46,528 bases of DNA from Actinomycetes bacterium (GTDB lineage: Bacteria; Actinomycetota; Actinomycetes; JAKEEW01), in assembly GCA_036001885.1 (NCBI GenBank), contig DASYTV010000008.1:1-46528 (forward strand). Reading direction: 5' to 3'. Both the position numbers and the translations under genes were made by a program. Positions 1 to 8,646 of the stretch are shown piece after piece. Below the pieces are notes generated by a model, which was given only the letters and a program-made list of their open reading frames with translations, searched no databases and was not told the origin of the DNA. Each line of letters opens with the position of its first letter. The first letter of the stretch is position 1.

Positions 1-4
1 GCGG

Positions 5-310
5 GTGCAGCAACTGCTGGCCGACCTCGACTCTGCCCAAACGGATGACCGTGAGGCCGAACGCGAGACGGGCGACATGGCTGATCCGGCGCAGCCACTG
101 GCTGAACAAGGCGTCGACGACGCCGTGGCCGCTGGTCTGCGGGACCGACTCGCGGCCCTCGATCGTGCTCTCCAACGGCTTGAAGACGGCACCTACGGCC
201 GGTCGATCCGCACCGGCGTGCCCATCCCGGACGAACGCTTGGAGGCAGACCCGGCGGCCGAGCTCACCGTCCAGGAGGCCGACAACGACCAAGCGGCCGA
301 CCGATGGTGA
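5..310 (+). CDS. DksA/TraR-family protein, C-terminal part (5' end probably outside the window); zinc-finger cysteines absent
   Basis: The ORF runs to the left window edge. 'LEDGTYGRSIRTGVPIPDERLEADPAAELTVQEA' follows the DksA/TraR C4 signature (GTYGxCxxCGxxIxxxRLxAxPxAxxCxxC), but S, T, T and E sit at the four Cys positions. Confidence 0.55.
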   Translation: MQQLLADLDSAQTDDREAERETGDMADPAQPLAEQGVDDAVAAGLRDRLAALDRALQRLEDGTYGRSIRTGVPIPDERLEADPAAELTVQEADNDQAADRW

Positions 311-320
311 GACTGGCCGC

Positions 321-1169
321 CTAGTCCGCAACGCGTCGATACCCGCCGCTGACCCAGTCGGCGACCAGTCGGCCGTATTCCTCCGCTGCTTCTTCCCACG
401 CGAAGTGGCCGGCGTCGAGAGGATGTATCTCGCTGTTGGGGAGGAGGTCGTCCAGGTACTCGCTGTTCGACCACGGCACGAGGTCATCGTGGCGGCCCGC
501 CACGATCTGGGTCGGCGTGGTGATGGACGGCAGCAGATCATGCAGCACCGGGTTCTGCTCGGGGTAGGTCCGCACAAACCGCGCCGACTCTGCGAAGCGC
601 CCGAGGTCGTAGGCGCTGACGTAGTCCTCGTGGACCTCCGGCTCGCTGACGCTCGGGGCGGCCGGCTCGACCGCGTAGCCGATATTCGTTCTGGCGTCGA
701 GAGCGCGCACGTCATCCAGAGTCGGCGCTTCGATGATCTCCTTGAGCGCGCCGCCCGCGTCGATCGGAAAGCAGACCGCACCGCCGCCGATGGTCAGGCT
801 CGTGACCCGCTCTGGAGCCTTCGCAGCAAGGAAAAGCGCCGCGGCCGTGCCAACGTCCGGGCCGACGACGTGCGGAGCTCCCAGGCCCCATTCATCGATC
901 AGGCGGGCCAGGAACGCTCCGGAGCGGTCCGGGGCGATCAACTCCGGGCGACCATCTGAGTGGCCGAATCCCGGCATGTCGATGGCGACCACCCGCCCGA
1001 CTGCCGCAACCCGGTTCCAGATGCGGCGGAAGGCCCAAAGGCTTTCCGGCCACGGCGCCAGCAGCAGCATGGTGATGTCCGAGTCTGCCTTGTTGTCCGC
1101 GAACCTCACACGCACCCCGTCACAGACTCGGAAGTACGTGCTGATCGTCGGAACCGCCTCGGCACCCAT
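321..1169 (-). CDS. alpha/beta-fold hydrolase (epoxide hydrolase / haloalkane dehalogenase-like, Asp nucleophile)
   Basis: The maximal ORF is 321..1214; the internal ATG at 1169 (MGAEAV..) gives a more typical N-terminus. Motifs: 'AIDMPGFGHSDG', nucleophile elbow 'VGPDVG' (Sm-X-Asp-X-Sm), and 'APWPES' where HGxP normally sits. It is divergent from a TetR gene. Confidence 0.75.
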   Translation of the reverse strand: MGAEAVPTISTYFRVCDGVRVRFADNKADSDITMLLLAPWPESLWAFRRIWNRVAAVGRVVAIDMPGFGHSDGRPELIAPDRSGAFLARLIDEWGLGAPHVVGPDVGTAAALFLAAKAPERVTSLTIGGGAVCFPIDAGGALKEIIEAPTLDDVRALDARTNIGYAVEPAAPSVSEPEVHEDYVSAYDLGRFAESARFVRTYPEQNPVLHDLLPSITTPTQIVAGRHDDLVPWSNSEYLDDLLPNSEIHPLDAGHFAWEEAAEEYGRLVADWVSGGYRRVAD

Positions 1170-1243
1170 CTGACAACTCTCTTCGTTGAACCCGCTATCG
1201 GCCGGATCGCCCACCTGATCTGTCCCGACACGCTGCCTGGAGC

Positions 1244-1281
1244 GATCGCTCTAGTAGTTTCTAGACCAATCGCTCCAGTAG
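1244..1281. promoter_or_regulatory. candidate TetR operator in the divergent promoter
   Basis: Direct repeat ATCGCTCTAGTAGT (1244-1257) / ATCGCTCCAGTAGT (1268-1281). The perfect palindrome AGCGATCGCT (1241-1250) overlaps it. All lie between the hydrolase and TetR starts. Confidence 0.3.
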
Positions 1282-1291
1282 TGTCAAGGCT

Positions 1292-1879
1292 GTGGTGCGC
1301 GGTCGTGACACTCGGGCGGAGCTGGTGCAGACAATGGCGGGGTTGCTGCGCGCCCAGGGGTACACCGCGACCGGACGGGCACAGTTGCTGGCGGAAAGCG
1401 GCGTCTCCAACGGGTCGCTGTACCACCATTTCCCGGGCGGCATGGAAGAGGTGGCCGAAGTTGCCCTCGAGGCGTCCGGCTGCTTCGTTGCCGACGCGCT
1501 CCGCGAAGCGTTGGACGGGGCACCCAACGCAGGGGCAGGCGTCGCCCGATTCCTCGACATCGCGCAGGAAGCGGCGATCGACGAACAATGCGTCGGTTGC
1601 CCAGTGGCGCCGACCGCACTCGAATCACCCATTATCAGCCCCCGTCTCCGGGCGGTCGCAGCGCGGTGCTTCGATCAATGGGAGGCACTGATCGCCGCGC
1701 GGCTACGCGCGGACGGATGGCCCGAAGACTCGCTCTCGACGGCGGCCTCGGCGGCCCTCGCCCTCATTGAAGGTGCGCTCCTGCTCGCTCGGGTGAGCGG
1801 GCAACTGAGCCACCTCGCCCACGCCAAGCACGCAGCACTGACTCTCCTCGCCGCGCCACCCGCCCAGGACGACAGCTGA
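1292..1879 (+). CDS. TetR/AcrR family transcriptional regulator
   Basis: GTG start. The N-terminal HTH 'ELVQTMAGLLRAQGYTATGRAQLLAESGVSNGSLYHHFPGGMEEV' is the classic TetR_N signature. Length is 195 aa. Confidence 0.85.
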   Translation: MVRGRDTRAELVQTMAGLLRAQGYTATGRAQLLAESGVSNGSLYHHFPGGMEEVAEVALEASGCFVADALREALDGAPNAGAGVARFLDIAQEAAIDEQCVGCPVAPTALESPIISPRLRAVAARCFDQWEALIAARLRADGWPEDSLSTAASAALALIEGALLLARVSGQLSHLAHAKHAALTLLAAPPAQDDS

Positions 1880-2341
1880 ACCTATCGGCGCCGCAGTACC
1901 ACTTCACAACCCGTCCTCACATCGGCATCACGTGGGGATCCGTGTCAAGTGGATCATGATGCTTGGTTCTCGTTGAGTCGTCCCCAAAACTTCGAACTGT
2001 CGGCCTCGCGATCCTCCTCCGCCGGCTTGACCAGCTCGTCGGCGGCTGCCGATCGACAAAACGCAGCGCACTCGGATGGTGGAGATCCGCAAGCCTTCGC
2101 TTGCAACGTGTGTCGGCTAACCCTTCACGGCCCCCAAGAGCTGACCGAAGGTCAGCTCCCGACTTCTCAGCACTCAGTCGACCCAGAAGATCTCGGCGAG
2201 GACTTCGACCCGGAGTACTTCGCTGAGTCCGAGTACGGACTCCAGCACTAACCCGGAGCAAGATAACGGCTCTCCTACGCGACAAGAAACTGGCCAAGCG
2301 GTCGGCCGTACTGTGGGCGGCAGAAGAGTGCTTGCTCGACG

Positions 2342-2950
2342 ATGTCCGCGATGGGCCTGTATCTTCCGCCATCCGCGGTGGTCGATGACGTCGAGGCCGT
2401 CGGAACGCTCGCGGGCGTTCTCGAAGGGCTACTGTTTCGTGCCATGAGCATCGACGAACCTCCGTCGGGCCAAGGCTCGCCACCGCCCCCCGAGACCTCA
2501 GGGCCGCCCCCCGAGACGCCAAAGCCGCCCCCGCCACCGGCGCCGCCCGTCGCGCCGGCCCAGCCGTGGCGGCAGGTTGGTGTCGTGCCGGAGGGGCTAA
2601 GTGACGTCTACTACCGCACCGGCCTCACAATCTTCCTAACCATCATCACGTTCGGGATCTGGGGCTTCTTGTGGACCTACCGAACGAGCGAGGACCTCAA
2701 GAGGTACAACGGCGACGGCCTTGGTGGCGTTCTTGGCATCGTCCTCTATCTGTTGATCTCCATCGTCCTTATGTTCACGATCCCGAACGAGATCAAGAAC
2801 ATGTACGAGCGAGACGGTCGGCCGAGCCCGATCACGGCCGTGTGGGGCCTATGGTTCCTGCTCCCGCTTATCGGCAACATTGTCTGGTACGTCAAGGTGC
2901 AGCGGGTGCTGAACGAGTTCTGGTTGAGCAAAGGTTCACGACCCGCCTGA
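2342..2950 (+). CDS. DUF4234-like membrane protein with Pro-rich N-terminal region
   Basis: 'IITFGIWGFLWTYRTSEDLKRY' plus a second TM pair and 'NIVWYVKVQRVLNEFW' match the DUF4234 pattern. The N-terminal low-complexity stretch is 'PPPPETSGPPPETPKPPPPPAPP'. Codon use (cta, ctt, tat, ttg) and GC are visibly lower than in neighbours. An alternative start is the ATG at 2444. Confidence 0.7.
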   Translation: MSAMGLYLPPSAVVDDVEAVGTLAGVLEGLLFRAMSIDEPPSGQGSPPPPETSGPPPETPKPPPPPAPPVAPAQPWRQVGVVPEGLSDVYYRTGLTIFLTIITFGIWGFLWTYRTSEDLKRYNGDGLGGVLGIVLYLLISIVLMFTIPNEIKNMYERDGRPSPITAVWGLWFLLPLIGNIVWYVKVQRVLNEFWLSKGSRPA

Positions 2951-4030
2951 CGCGGCCCGGTCGCAAGCGCGATGAGCGAGGCCACGCGGCCTGGTGGATG
3001 CGCTGGACGCCTGGAGATGATCCACGATCGTCTCCGCCGTCGCTGTATCGACCGAGTCGACGAACATCGTGCGGACTGCCGACCTCGGGTGGTAGCTCTC
3101 CTCATCCGGCGGATAGATCTCCGGGTAGGGCATCGGGCGGAGCATGTCGGCGATCGGCGTGGCAAGCGCGCGGAAGGGCGCCATGGCGCGCTCTCCAGCC
3201 TCGGGCGGTCCCGCGAAGCACATCAGCGCCAAAATGGAGAGCTGTCCGTGCTGCTCGGCGGGCACGAATGGCATCGGCGGCGCCGGCATGACGTTGGCGA
3301 TCGTCGACAGCTCGACCGGCGCAGCTTCGGCCTCGGCGATGAAGGACTGGATGATCTGCGGCGTGGCCGGCAGCATGAGCATGCCACCGACGATCGAATC
3401 GACCGGGTGCAGCCGGAACTGGAATCGGGTTGCCACTCCGAAGTTGCCCCCACCACCACGGAGGGCCCAGAAGAGGTCGGGATGTGACTCCGCGTCCGCC
3501 CGGAGCAGATTGCCGTCCGCGGTGACGATGTCAACCGCGAGGAGGTCGTCGATGGTGAGGCCGTACTTGCGGACGAGGTAGCCGATGCCGCCGCCCAGCG
3601 TGATGCCGCCGATGCCGACCGAGCCGGTGTCGCCGAAGCCGGTCGCGAGACCATGCTCCGCGGCTGCCGATGAGTACTCGACCGCCGTTAGGCCGGTCTC
3701 CGCCCACGCGGTGCGACCGTCAACGTCGATGTCCAGGGCACGCATATCGGCGAGATCGATCACGATGCCGCCGTCGGTGACGCCATGGCCCGCGGTGCTG
3801 TGGCCGCCGCTGCGCACGGCGAGCTCGAAACCCCTCTGTCCGGCGAGCGCCACGATGCGCGAGATGTCCATGGCGTCGGCGACCCGGACGATGGCGGCCG
3901 GTCGCCGATCGATCCCGCCAGGGAAGACTGTCCGCGCGTCGTCGTAGTCGGCGTCCTCAGGGCCGATCACCCGACCCTTCACCTCGCCCTGAAGCTGCGG
4001 GATCGAGATGGTGGCGCTCTTAGAAGGCAT
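2936..4030 (-). CDS. FAD-binding PCMH-type (VAO/BBE-like) oxidoreductase, apparently 3'-truncated
   Basis: 'RPAAIVRVADAMDISRIVALAGQRGFELAVRSGGHSTAGH', 'GIGGITLGGGIGYLVRKYGL' and 'DLFWALRGGGGNFGVATRFQFRLHP' are FAD_binding_4 motifs. The ORF ends about 90 aa short of typical family members, with no C-terminal BBE-like segment. It overlaps the convergent DUF4234 gene by 15 nt. The likely start is the ATG at 4030 (maximal ORF to 4075). Confidence 0.8.
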   Translation of the reverse strand: MPSKSATISIPQLQGEVKGRVIGPEDADYDDARTVFPGGIDRRPAAIVRVADAMDISRIVALAGQRGFELAVRSGGHSTAGHGVTDGGIVIDLADMRALDIDVDGRTAWAETGLTAVEYSSAAAEHGLATGFGDTGSVGIGGITLGGGIGYLVRKYGLTIDDLLAVDIVTADGNLLRADAESHPDLFWALRGGGGNFGVATRFQFRLHPVDSIVGGMLMLPATPQIIQSFIAEAEAAPVELSTIANVMPAPPMPFVPAEQHGQLSILALMCFAGPPEAGERAMAPFRALATPIADMLRPMPYPEIYPPDEESYHPRSAVRTMFVDSVDTATAETIVDHLQASSASTRPRGLAHRACDRAASGGS

Positions 4031-4236
4031 GGATGTCACAAGGAACCCCTTTGATGGTCTGTGGTTTGCGATCAACCGCCTGGCGGCATCGCGTGACTGT
4101 TCACGCGTCGGCGGGCATAGGTGCGTGTGCCTGAGCGTACGAGGGACAAGGGACCAGTACGAGAGCCAATTTGGGCCGGACCTACCAGACCAATTCAGTT
4201 TTACGCAACCTGGCCGCGGTCGAGCTGGGCCACGAA

Positions 4237-5730
4237 CTATCCCGCCGCTTCGAGCACCGGCTCGGTGATCGCTGCCTCCTCCGGCCGCAGATCGCGACCC
4301 CGGACGAGGAAGATCGAGACCAGGATGCCGGCGAACGCGATGACCGCACCAGCCCAGAACGCAGCCTGGAAGCCGTCCGTCAGCGCGAAGCGCAGGTCGT
4401 CACCGGTCGCCAAGCGATCGTCTGTCGTCGACACCGCGATGGTCGAGAGCAACGCGATACCGACCGCGCCGCCGATCTGCTGACTCGTATTGATCAGCCC
4501 GGATGCGAGACCGGCTTCGTGCGGTTTCGTTCCGGCGAGTGCCGCGATCGTGATGGGGACGAACGCGAACGGGATCCCCACACCGAGAAGCAGGAACCCG
4601 GGGAAGAGATCGGCCCAGTAGGAGCCGTCGACGGATACCTGGGTGAAGTACAGGAGTCCGGCGGTGAGCAGCGTCATGCCGAGGATGAGCGCCGGCTTGA
4701 CGCCGACCCGATTCACCGCGGCCGCTGCGACGTTCGCCCAGATCACGGCAGTGCCCGCGACAGCGAGATAGCCCACGCCGGTCTTCAAGGCGGAGAACCC
4801 GAGCACCTGCTGCATGTACAGCGTGAGCATCAGGAACATCGAGAAAAGTGCCGTGCCCATGATGAAGCCGGCGATGTTCGCCGCTGTCAGCGTCCGCAGG
4901 CGGAAGATCGAGAACGGCAGCAGCGGATCCCGCTCTCGCTGCTCCCAGAGAGCGAAGGCGACGAGGAGGACTGCCGCGGCGGCGAACGTACCGGCCGTCT
5001 TCAGCGACCCCCAGCCCCACTGCTGGCCCTGGGTGATGGCAAGCACCAGGAGGCTGAGCCCGCCGGTGACGAGTACGGCTCCGGGCACGTCGTGGCTCTG
5101 GCCGTGCGCATCGCGGCTCTCGCCGAGCAGGATCGGAGCGAGAACGAGCCCCGCAACGCCGACAGGAACGTTCACGAAGAAGATCCATTCCCAGGAAAGG
5201 AGGTCGGTGAGAATGCCGCCCATCAGGACACCGGCGGCTGCGCCGAAGCCTCCGACCGCCCCCCAAGCACCGAGCGCGATGTTCCGCTCCCGGCCCTCGT
5301 CGAAGGTCGTCGTCAGGATCGAAAGCGCAGATGGCGTGATCGTTGCGGCACCGAGGCCTTGGATGGCGCGGGCGCCGATCAGCGACGCCTCATTCCAGGC
5401 GAATCCGCAGAGGAGCGAGCCGAGCGAGAAGACGACGAGACCGGCCATGAAGATCTTCCGGCGCCCGATAATGTCCGCCAGCCTTCCACCGAGCAGCAGA
5501 AAGCCGCCGAAGACAAGGGCGTACGCGCTAATGACCCACTGCAGGTTCTCCTGCGAGAAATGCAGATCCACCTGGATCGACGGAAGTGCGACGTTCACGA
5601 TCGCAACATCGAGCACCACCATGAACTGAACGGCGCAGAGCAGCGCCAAAGCAAACCATTTCATCCGTCCCGAGCCGCTCACCGCGATCCCGGAGCCGGC
5701 GCGCCCTGGCCGGCCACGCGTGTCCACCAT
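4237..5730 (-). CDS. MFS transporter, DHA2 (EmrB/QacA, 14-TMS) family
   Basis: 'FMVVLDVAIVNVALPSIQVDLHFSQENLQWVISAYALVFGGFLLLGGRLADIIGRRK' is the DHA2 N-terminal signature. The protein is 497 aa and multi-TM throughout. A strong RBS (TAGGAGGACGAC) precedes the ATG at 5730. Confidence 0.85.
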   Translation of the reverse strand: MVDTRGRPGRAGSGIAVSGSGRMKWFALALLCAVQFMVVLDVAIVNVALPSIQVDLHFSQENLQWVISAYALVFGGFLLLGGRLADIIGRRKIFMAGLVVFSLGSLLCGFAWNEASLIGARAIQGLGAATITPSALSILTTTFDEGRERNIALGAWGAVGGFGAAAGVLMGGILTDLLSWEWIFFVNVPVGVAGLVLAPILLGESRDAHGQSHDVPGAVLVTGGLSLLVLAITQGQQWGWGSLKTAGTFAAAAVLLVAFALWEQRERDPLLPFSIFRLRTLTAANIAGFIMGTALFSMFLMLTLYMQQVLGFSALKTGVGYLAVAGTAVIWANVAAAAVNRVGVKPALILGMTLLTAGLLYFTQVSVDGSYWADLFPGFLLLGVGIPFAFVPITIAALAGTKPHEAGLASGLINTSQQIGGAVGIALLSTIAVSTTDDRLATGDDLRFALTDGFQAAFWAGAVIAFAGILVSIFLVRGRDLRPEEAAITEPVLEAAG

Positions 5731-5810
5731 GTCGTCCTCCTAGAGCTGGGTCCTCATGACGACGAACAGTAGGCGCGGGCGGGGACACTTTCGGCGAGAT
5801 GTGCCGACCC

Positions 5811-6989
5811 CTACTGACTGACTTCTGCCACGCGGCGACGCAGGAAGCGACGCTCGTGTTCGCTGCGCGCAAGCTCGAGCGCACGCTCGTACTCCAGGCG
5901 CGCCTCTTGTGTCCGGCCTACGCGGCGGAGCAGGTCAGCGCGCGTCGAGTGGAAGTATTGGTAGCCGTCCAGGTCGAGCTGATCGATGAGGGCGAGAGCC
6001 GCCTCGGTGCCGTCCGCGTATGCAACCGCGATCGCCCGGTTCAGCTCGACGACGGCGGAGCCGGTCAAGAGCGCGAGCTCGCCGTACAGCGCCGCGATCT
6101 GCGGCCAGTCGCGAGGCTCCTCGGTATGCAGCGACGCGATGGCTGCCTGGATCACATATGGTCCGCGACCCTGCAGGGCGAACGCACGGGCAAGCGCTTG
6201 ACGACCGCGGGCGATCTGGGCGTCGTTCCACCGCGACGGGTCCTGGTCGGCAAGGAGGACAAGCTCCCCGTTCTCGAACCGGGCATCGCGGCGGGCATCG
6301 TTGAGCAGCATCAGCGCGTGGAGACCATGCACTTCGGCCTCGTCTGGCATCAATTTGGTGAGTGCGTCTCCGAGCCGGATCGCCTCCGCTGCCAGGTCTA
6401 CCCGGCCGCCGTACCCCTCGTTGAAGATCAGATAGACGACGGCGAGCACGTCAGCAAGCCGGTCGGGGAGCAGGTGGTCCGCGGGGATCCGGAAGGGGAT
6501 GCCCGCATCCCTGATCTTGCGTTTGGCCCGCGACAGCCGGCGCTTCATCGTTGGCGCGGGAACGAGGAAGGCACGGGCGATGCCCTCGGTGCTCAGGCCG
6601 CCGAGGGCGCGCAGGGTAAGCGCGACCTGGGCATCGAGCGCGAGTGCTGGGTGGCAGCAAGTGAAGATGAGCCCCAGCCGCTCGTCGCGGAAGATCGTCC
6701 CATCCATCTCGTCCTCCACGGCTTCCTGGCGGTCGAGCAGGCGGAGCTTCGCGGCCAGCGTTTGGTCGCGGCGGATCCGGTCGATCGCACGATTGCGAGC
6801 CGTGGTGACCAGCCAGGCGCCCGGGTTCGCTGGAGATCCGTCACGCGGCCAACGTTCGGCTGCGACAGTGAAGGCCTCCTGGGCGGACTCCTCCGCGAGG
6901 TCGAAGTCGCCCAGGAACCCGACGAGGGCGGCGATCACTCGGCCCCACTCGTCGCGGAAGACCTGCTCGAGCGGCGTGCTAGCGCTCAA
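5811..6989 (-). CDS. ECF-type sigma-70 family RNA polymerase sigma factor with long C-terminal helical (TPR-like) extension
   Basis: Region 2 is '[30 protein letters not shown]' and the region 4 HTH is '[28 protein letters not shown]'. A C-terminal extension of about 200 aa follows. The ATG at 7061 would overlap yciI by 83 nt, so TTG 6989 or GTG 7013 is the more likely start. Confidence 0.8.
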   Translation of the reverse strand: MSASTPLEQVFRDEWGRVIAALVGFLGDFDLAEESAQEAFTVAAERWPRDGSPANPGAWLVTTARNRAIDRIRRDQTLAAKLRLLDRQEAVEDEMDGTIFRDERLGLIFTCCHPALALDAQVALTLRALGGLSTEGIARAFLVPAPTMKRRLSRAKRKIRDAGIPFRIPADHLLPDRLADVLAVVYLIFNEGYGGRVDLAAEAIRLGDALTKLMPDEAEVHGLHALMLLNDARRDARFENGELVLLADQDPSRWNDAQIARGRQALARAFALQGRGPYVIQAAIASLHTEEPRDWPQIAALYGELALLTGSAVVELNRAIAVAYADGTEAALALIDQLDLDGYQYFHSTRADLLRRVGRTQEARLEYERALELARSEHERRFLRRRVAEVSQ

Positions 6990-7326
6990 CGATCGGACGC
7001 ACCTCGATCGCACCGCCCATACGAGCGGCGGGGATCCGGGCCGCAAAGTCGATCGCGGCATCGAGGTTGTCTGCCTCGTAGACGAAATAGCCGCCCAGGG
7101 CTTCCTTCGCCTCGATGAACGGGCCGTCCGTCGTCAACGTCCGGCCGTCCTGCACACGCACGGTCGTCGCCGTGTCCGCGGGATGCAGCTGGTTGTTGTC
7201 ACCGACCCCGGGCATCTGAGAGAGGGCGAGGTACTCGCGCATGATCTGCTCCTGCTCCGCCTCGCTCAGGCTGTCGTAGTGGGCCCAGGCCTCGCCGCCG
7301 GAGTGGATCAGCAGCAGATATTTCAT
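6979..7326 (-). CDS. YciI-family (DGPF domain) protein
   Basis: 'MKYLLLIH...[35 protein letters not shown]' carries the DGPF motif and YCII fold pattern. The start is the ATG at 7326. It lies immediately upstream of the sigma factor and overlaps it. Confidence 0.8.
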   Translation of the reverse strand: MKYLLLIHSGGEAWAHYDSLSEAEQEQIMREYLALSQMPGVGDNNQLHPADTATTVRVQDGRTLTTDGPFIEAKEALGGYFVYEADNLDAAIDFAARIPAARMGGAIEVRPIVER

Positions 7327-7422
7327 GGCCACCTCCTGGAGTCTATTTTCGCCCCTACGACGAACGGCGAAGCCGAAAGGGGACACCTCCCGGACCACAA
7401 CGATCCCGCCGGCATTCAGCCG

Positions 7423-7836
7423 CTAGCGCTCGAGTTCCTGGCGCGCTCGATCGACGAGCTGTCTCGACCAGCGCACGGAGTCACGAGCCTTCCGCGGACT
7501 TAGAACCATGGCGCCGTAGTGGGCTTCATCCTTGACGTCGATCAGACGAAGGAATGTCGCGGCCACCTTCGCACCGTCCGGCGTGGATTGTTCAAGCAGT
7601 GACGAGGCCGCGCGGTGGTCGTCGCCGCGGTGGATCTGGCCAAGTCGACGCGCGCAGATCGCATCCGAGGCCGCTACTCCGGCGAGCACTGCAAGGCCAG
7701 CAGCAACGCCACGGAATTCCGCTCGACCCCGTTCGTCGAGAACCAGATCCGCGACCTCAAGGTAAGCCTCCGCCGACCGCAGACGGCCGCGCGCATCGTG
7801 AAGACTCGCCGCTCTCGTCTGCTTGCGCTTAGCCAT
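7423..7836 (-). CDS. HEPN-domain protein (putative toxin of a HEPN/MNT pair)
   Basis: 137 aa from the ATG at 7836, with an 8-nt overlap (ATGGCTAA) with the stop of the upstream gene. The protein is predicted helical. 'ASDAICARRLGQIHRGDDH' contains an Rx4-6H HEPN motif. Confidence 0.6.
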   Translation of the reverse strand: MAKRKQTRAASLHDARGRLRSAEAYLEVADLVLDERGRAEFRGVAAGLAVLAGVAASDAICARRLGQIHRGDDHRAASSLLEQSTPDGAKVAATFLRLIDVKDEAHYGAMVLSPRKARDSVRWSRQLVDRARQELER

Positions 7837-8542
7837 TCGCTGCCTCGACTGCCCGCGAGGACGCCATGGCGTCCGACCTGATGAGTTCGATGCCGTCGCG
7901 CTGAATCTCTGCGAGCAACGGCTGATGTGCCTTGGCCCGGTGACGCCACTCTTGGAAGGACAGGTCGACAACCTGGAGTGGGTTACCTGTCCAGCGCGGA
8001 ACCAGGTTCCTCAAGCGGTCGACCTGACTCTGCCATTGCCCGGCGGCTTCTGGACCGCCGGGCGGAGCGCCGAGGGCATCGGCGAGCTGGGAGACGACGC
8101 TGGGCGACAGTCGCGGTGGCTTCTTCTCACCCGCCAAGGGCGGATGAACCAGGAGGAGGTCGATGTCGCTCGTCTCGTCGCCGTCACCTCTCGCGGCGGA
8201 GCCGAAGACGCACGCGTACAAGGGCCGCGGCCGCCAACCCGCAAGTTCTTCACGGAATCGCCGCCACAGCTCGGGGCGAAGGTTCGCAAGCATGTCAGCC
8301 ACACCGGCCGCGACGTGCTCGCGGTTGAGCTCATGGACCAGGTTGCGGCCCATCATTGTGGCGTGGACAATGCCTTGCTCGACCAACCGCGCGAGGCTGC
8401 GCCGGATTCCTATTTCGGACCCTCGCACAGCCTGATCGGCGACCTGGCCGACCGTAAGCGGCTTGCCTGCAACTGCGAGCACCGCGAGAACCGTACCGTC
8501 CAGGGTAGGGGTGACACTACGTGTCGGATCAGATAGATCCAT
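7829..8542 (-). CDS. winged-HTH + minimal nucleotidyltransferase (MNT-like, putative antitoxin)
   Basis: N-terminal wHTH 'LTVGQVADQAVRGSEIGIRRSLARLVEQGIV'. Polymerase-beta-type NTase signature 'FGSAARGDGDETSDIDLLLV' (GS...DxD). Confidence 0.7.
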   Translation of the reverse strand: MDLSDPTRSVTPTLDGTVLAVLAVAGKPLTVGQVADQAVRGSEIGIRRSLARLVEQGIVHATMMGRNLVHELNREHVAAGVADMLANLRPELWRRFREELAGWRPRPLYACVFGSAARGDGDETSDIDLLLVHPPLAGEKKPPRLSPSVVSQLADALGAPPGGPEAAGQWQSQVDRLRNLVPRWTGNPLQVVDLSFQEWRHRAKAHQPLLAEIQRDGIELIRSDAMASSRAVEAANG

Positions 8543-8600
8543 ATCAAATATTGTACGGAGCTATCTTATTAGATACCAGCCTAGTTAAACGTGACGCTAT
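8543..8600 (-). promoter_or_regulatory. AT-rich promoter/operator region of the MNT-HEPN pair
   Basis: This is the most AT-rich stretch seen in the window. It holds the inverted repeat TATCT-TATT-AGATA (8562-8575), and a further AGATA lies at 8531-8535, directly upstream of the wHTH gene start. Confidence 0.3.
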
Positions 8601-8646
8601 GCGACTTGGCCGAAACCGCACTCTTTGACGGGCTCGCAGCAGGACA

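Noticed and set aside
1917-2537. A 206-aa minus-strand ORF and a 100-aa plus-strand ORF (1949-2251) in the lower-GC spacer.
   Set aside because: The 206-aa product is Arg/Ser-rich and overlaps the DUF4234 5' region. The 100-aa ORF has poor third-position GC except in its acidic tail and carries no recognisable domain. I left this stretch unannotated and mention it only under the insertion finding.
2490-2550. A short tandem repeat (CCCCCCGAGAC.. x2) that could be mistaken for a repeat array.
   Set aside because: It lies inside the DUF4234 coding frame and encodes the Pro-rich 'PPPETSGPPPETPK' linker. There are only two units and no spacers, so it is not CRISPR-like.
4171-5772. A 533-aa plus-strand ORF antisense to the MFS gene. 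Similar long shadow ORFs occur at 9485-11701 (+), 14294-16132 (+), 18851-20470 (-), 21665-23176 (-), 24797-25930 (+) and 43106-44374 (+).
   Set aside because: Their translations are Arg/Gly/Pro/Asp-rich and low in complexity, with no family motifs. Each lies opposite to, or out of frame with, a gene that has clear family signatures. These are the typical stop-codon-poor shadow ORFs of high-GC DNA.
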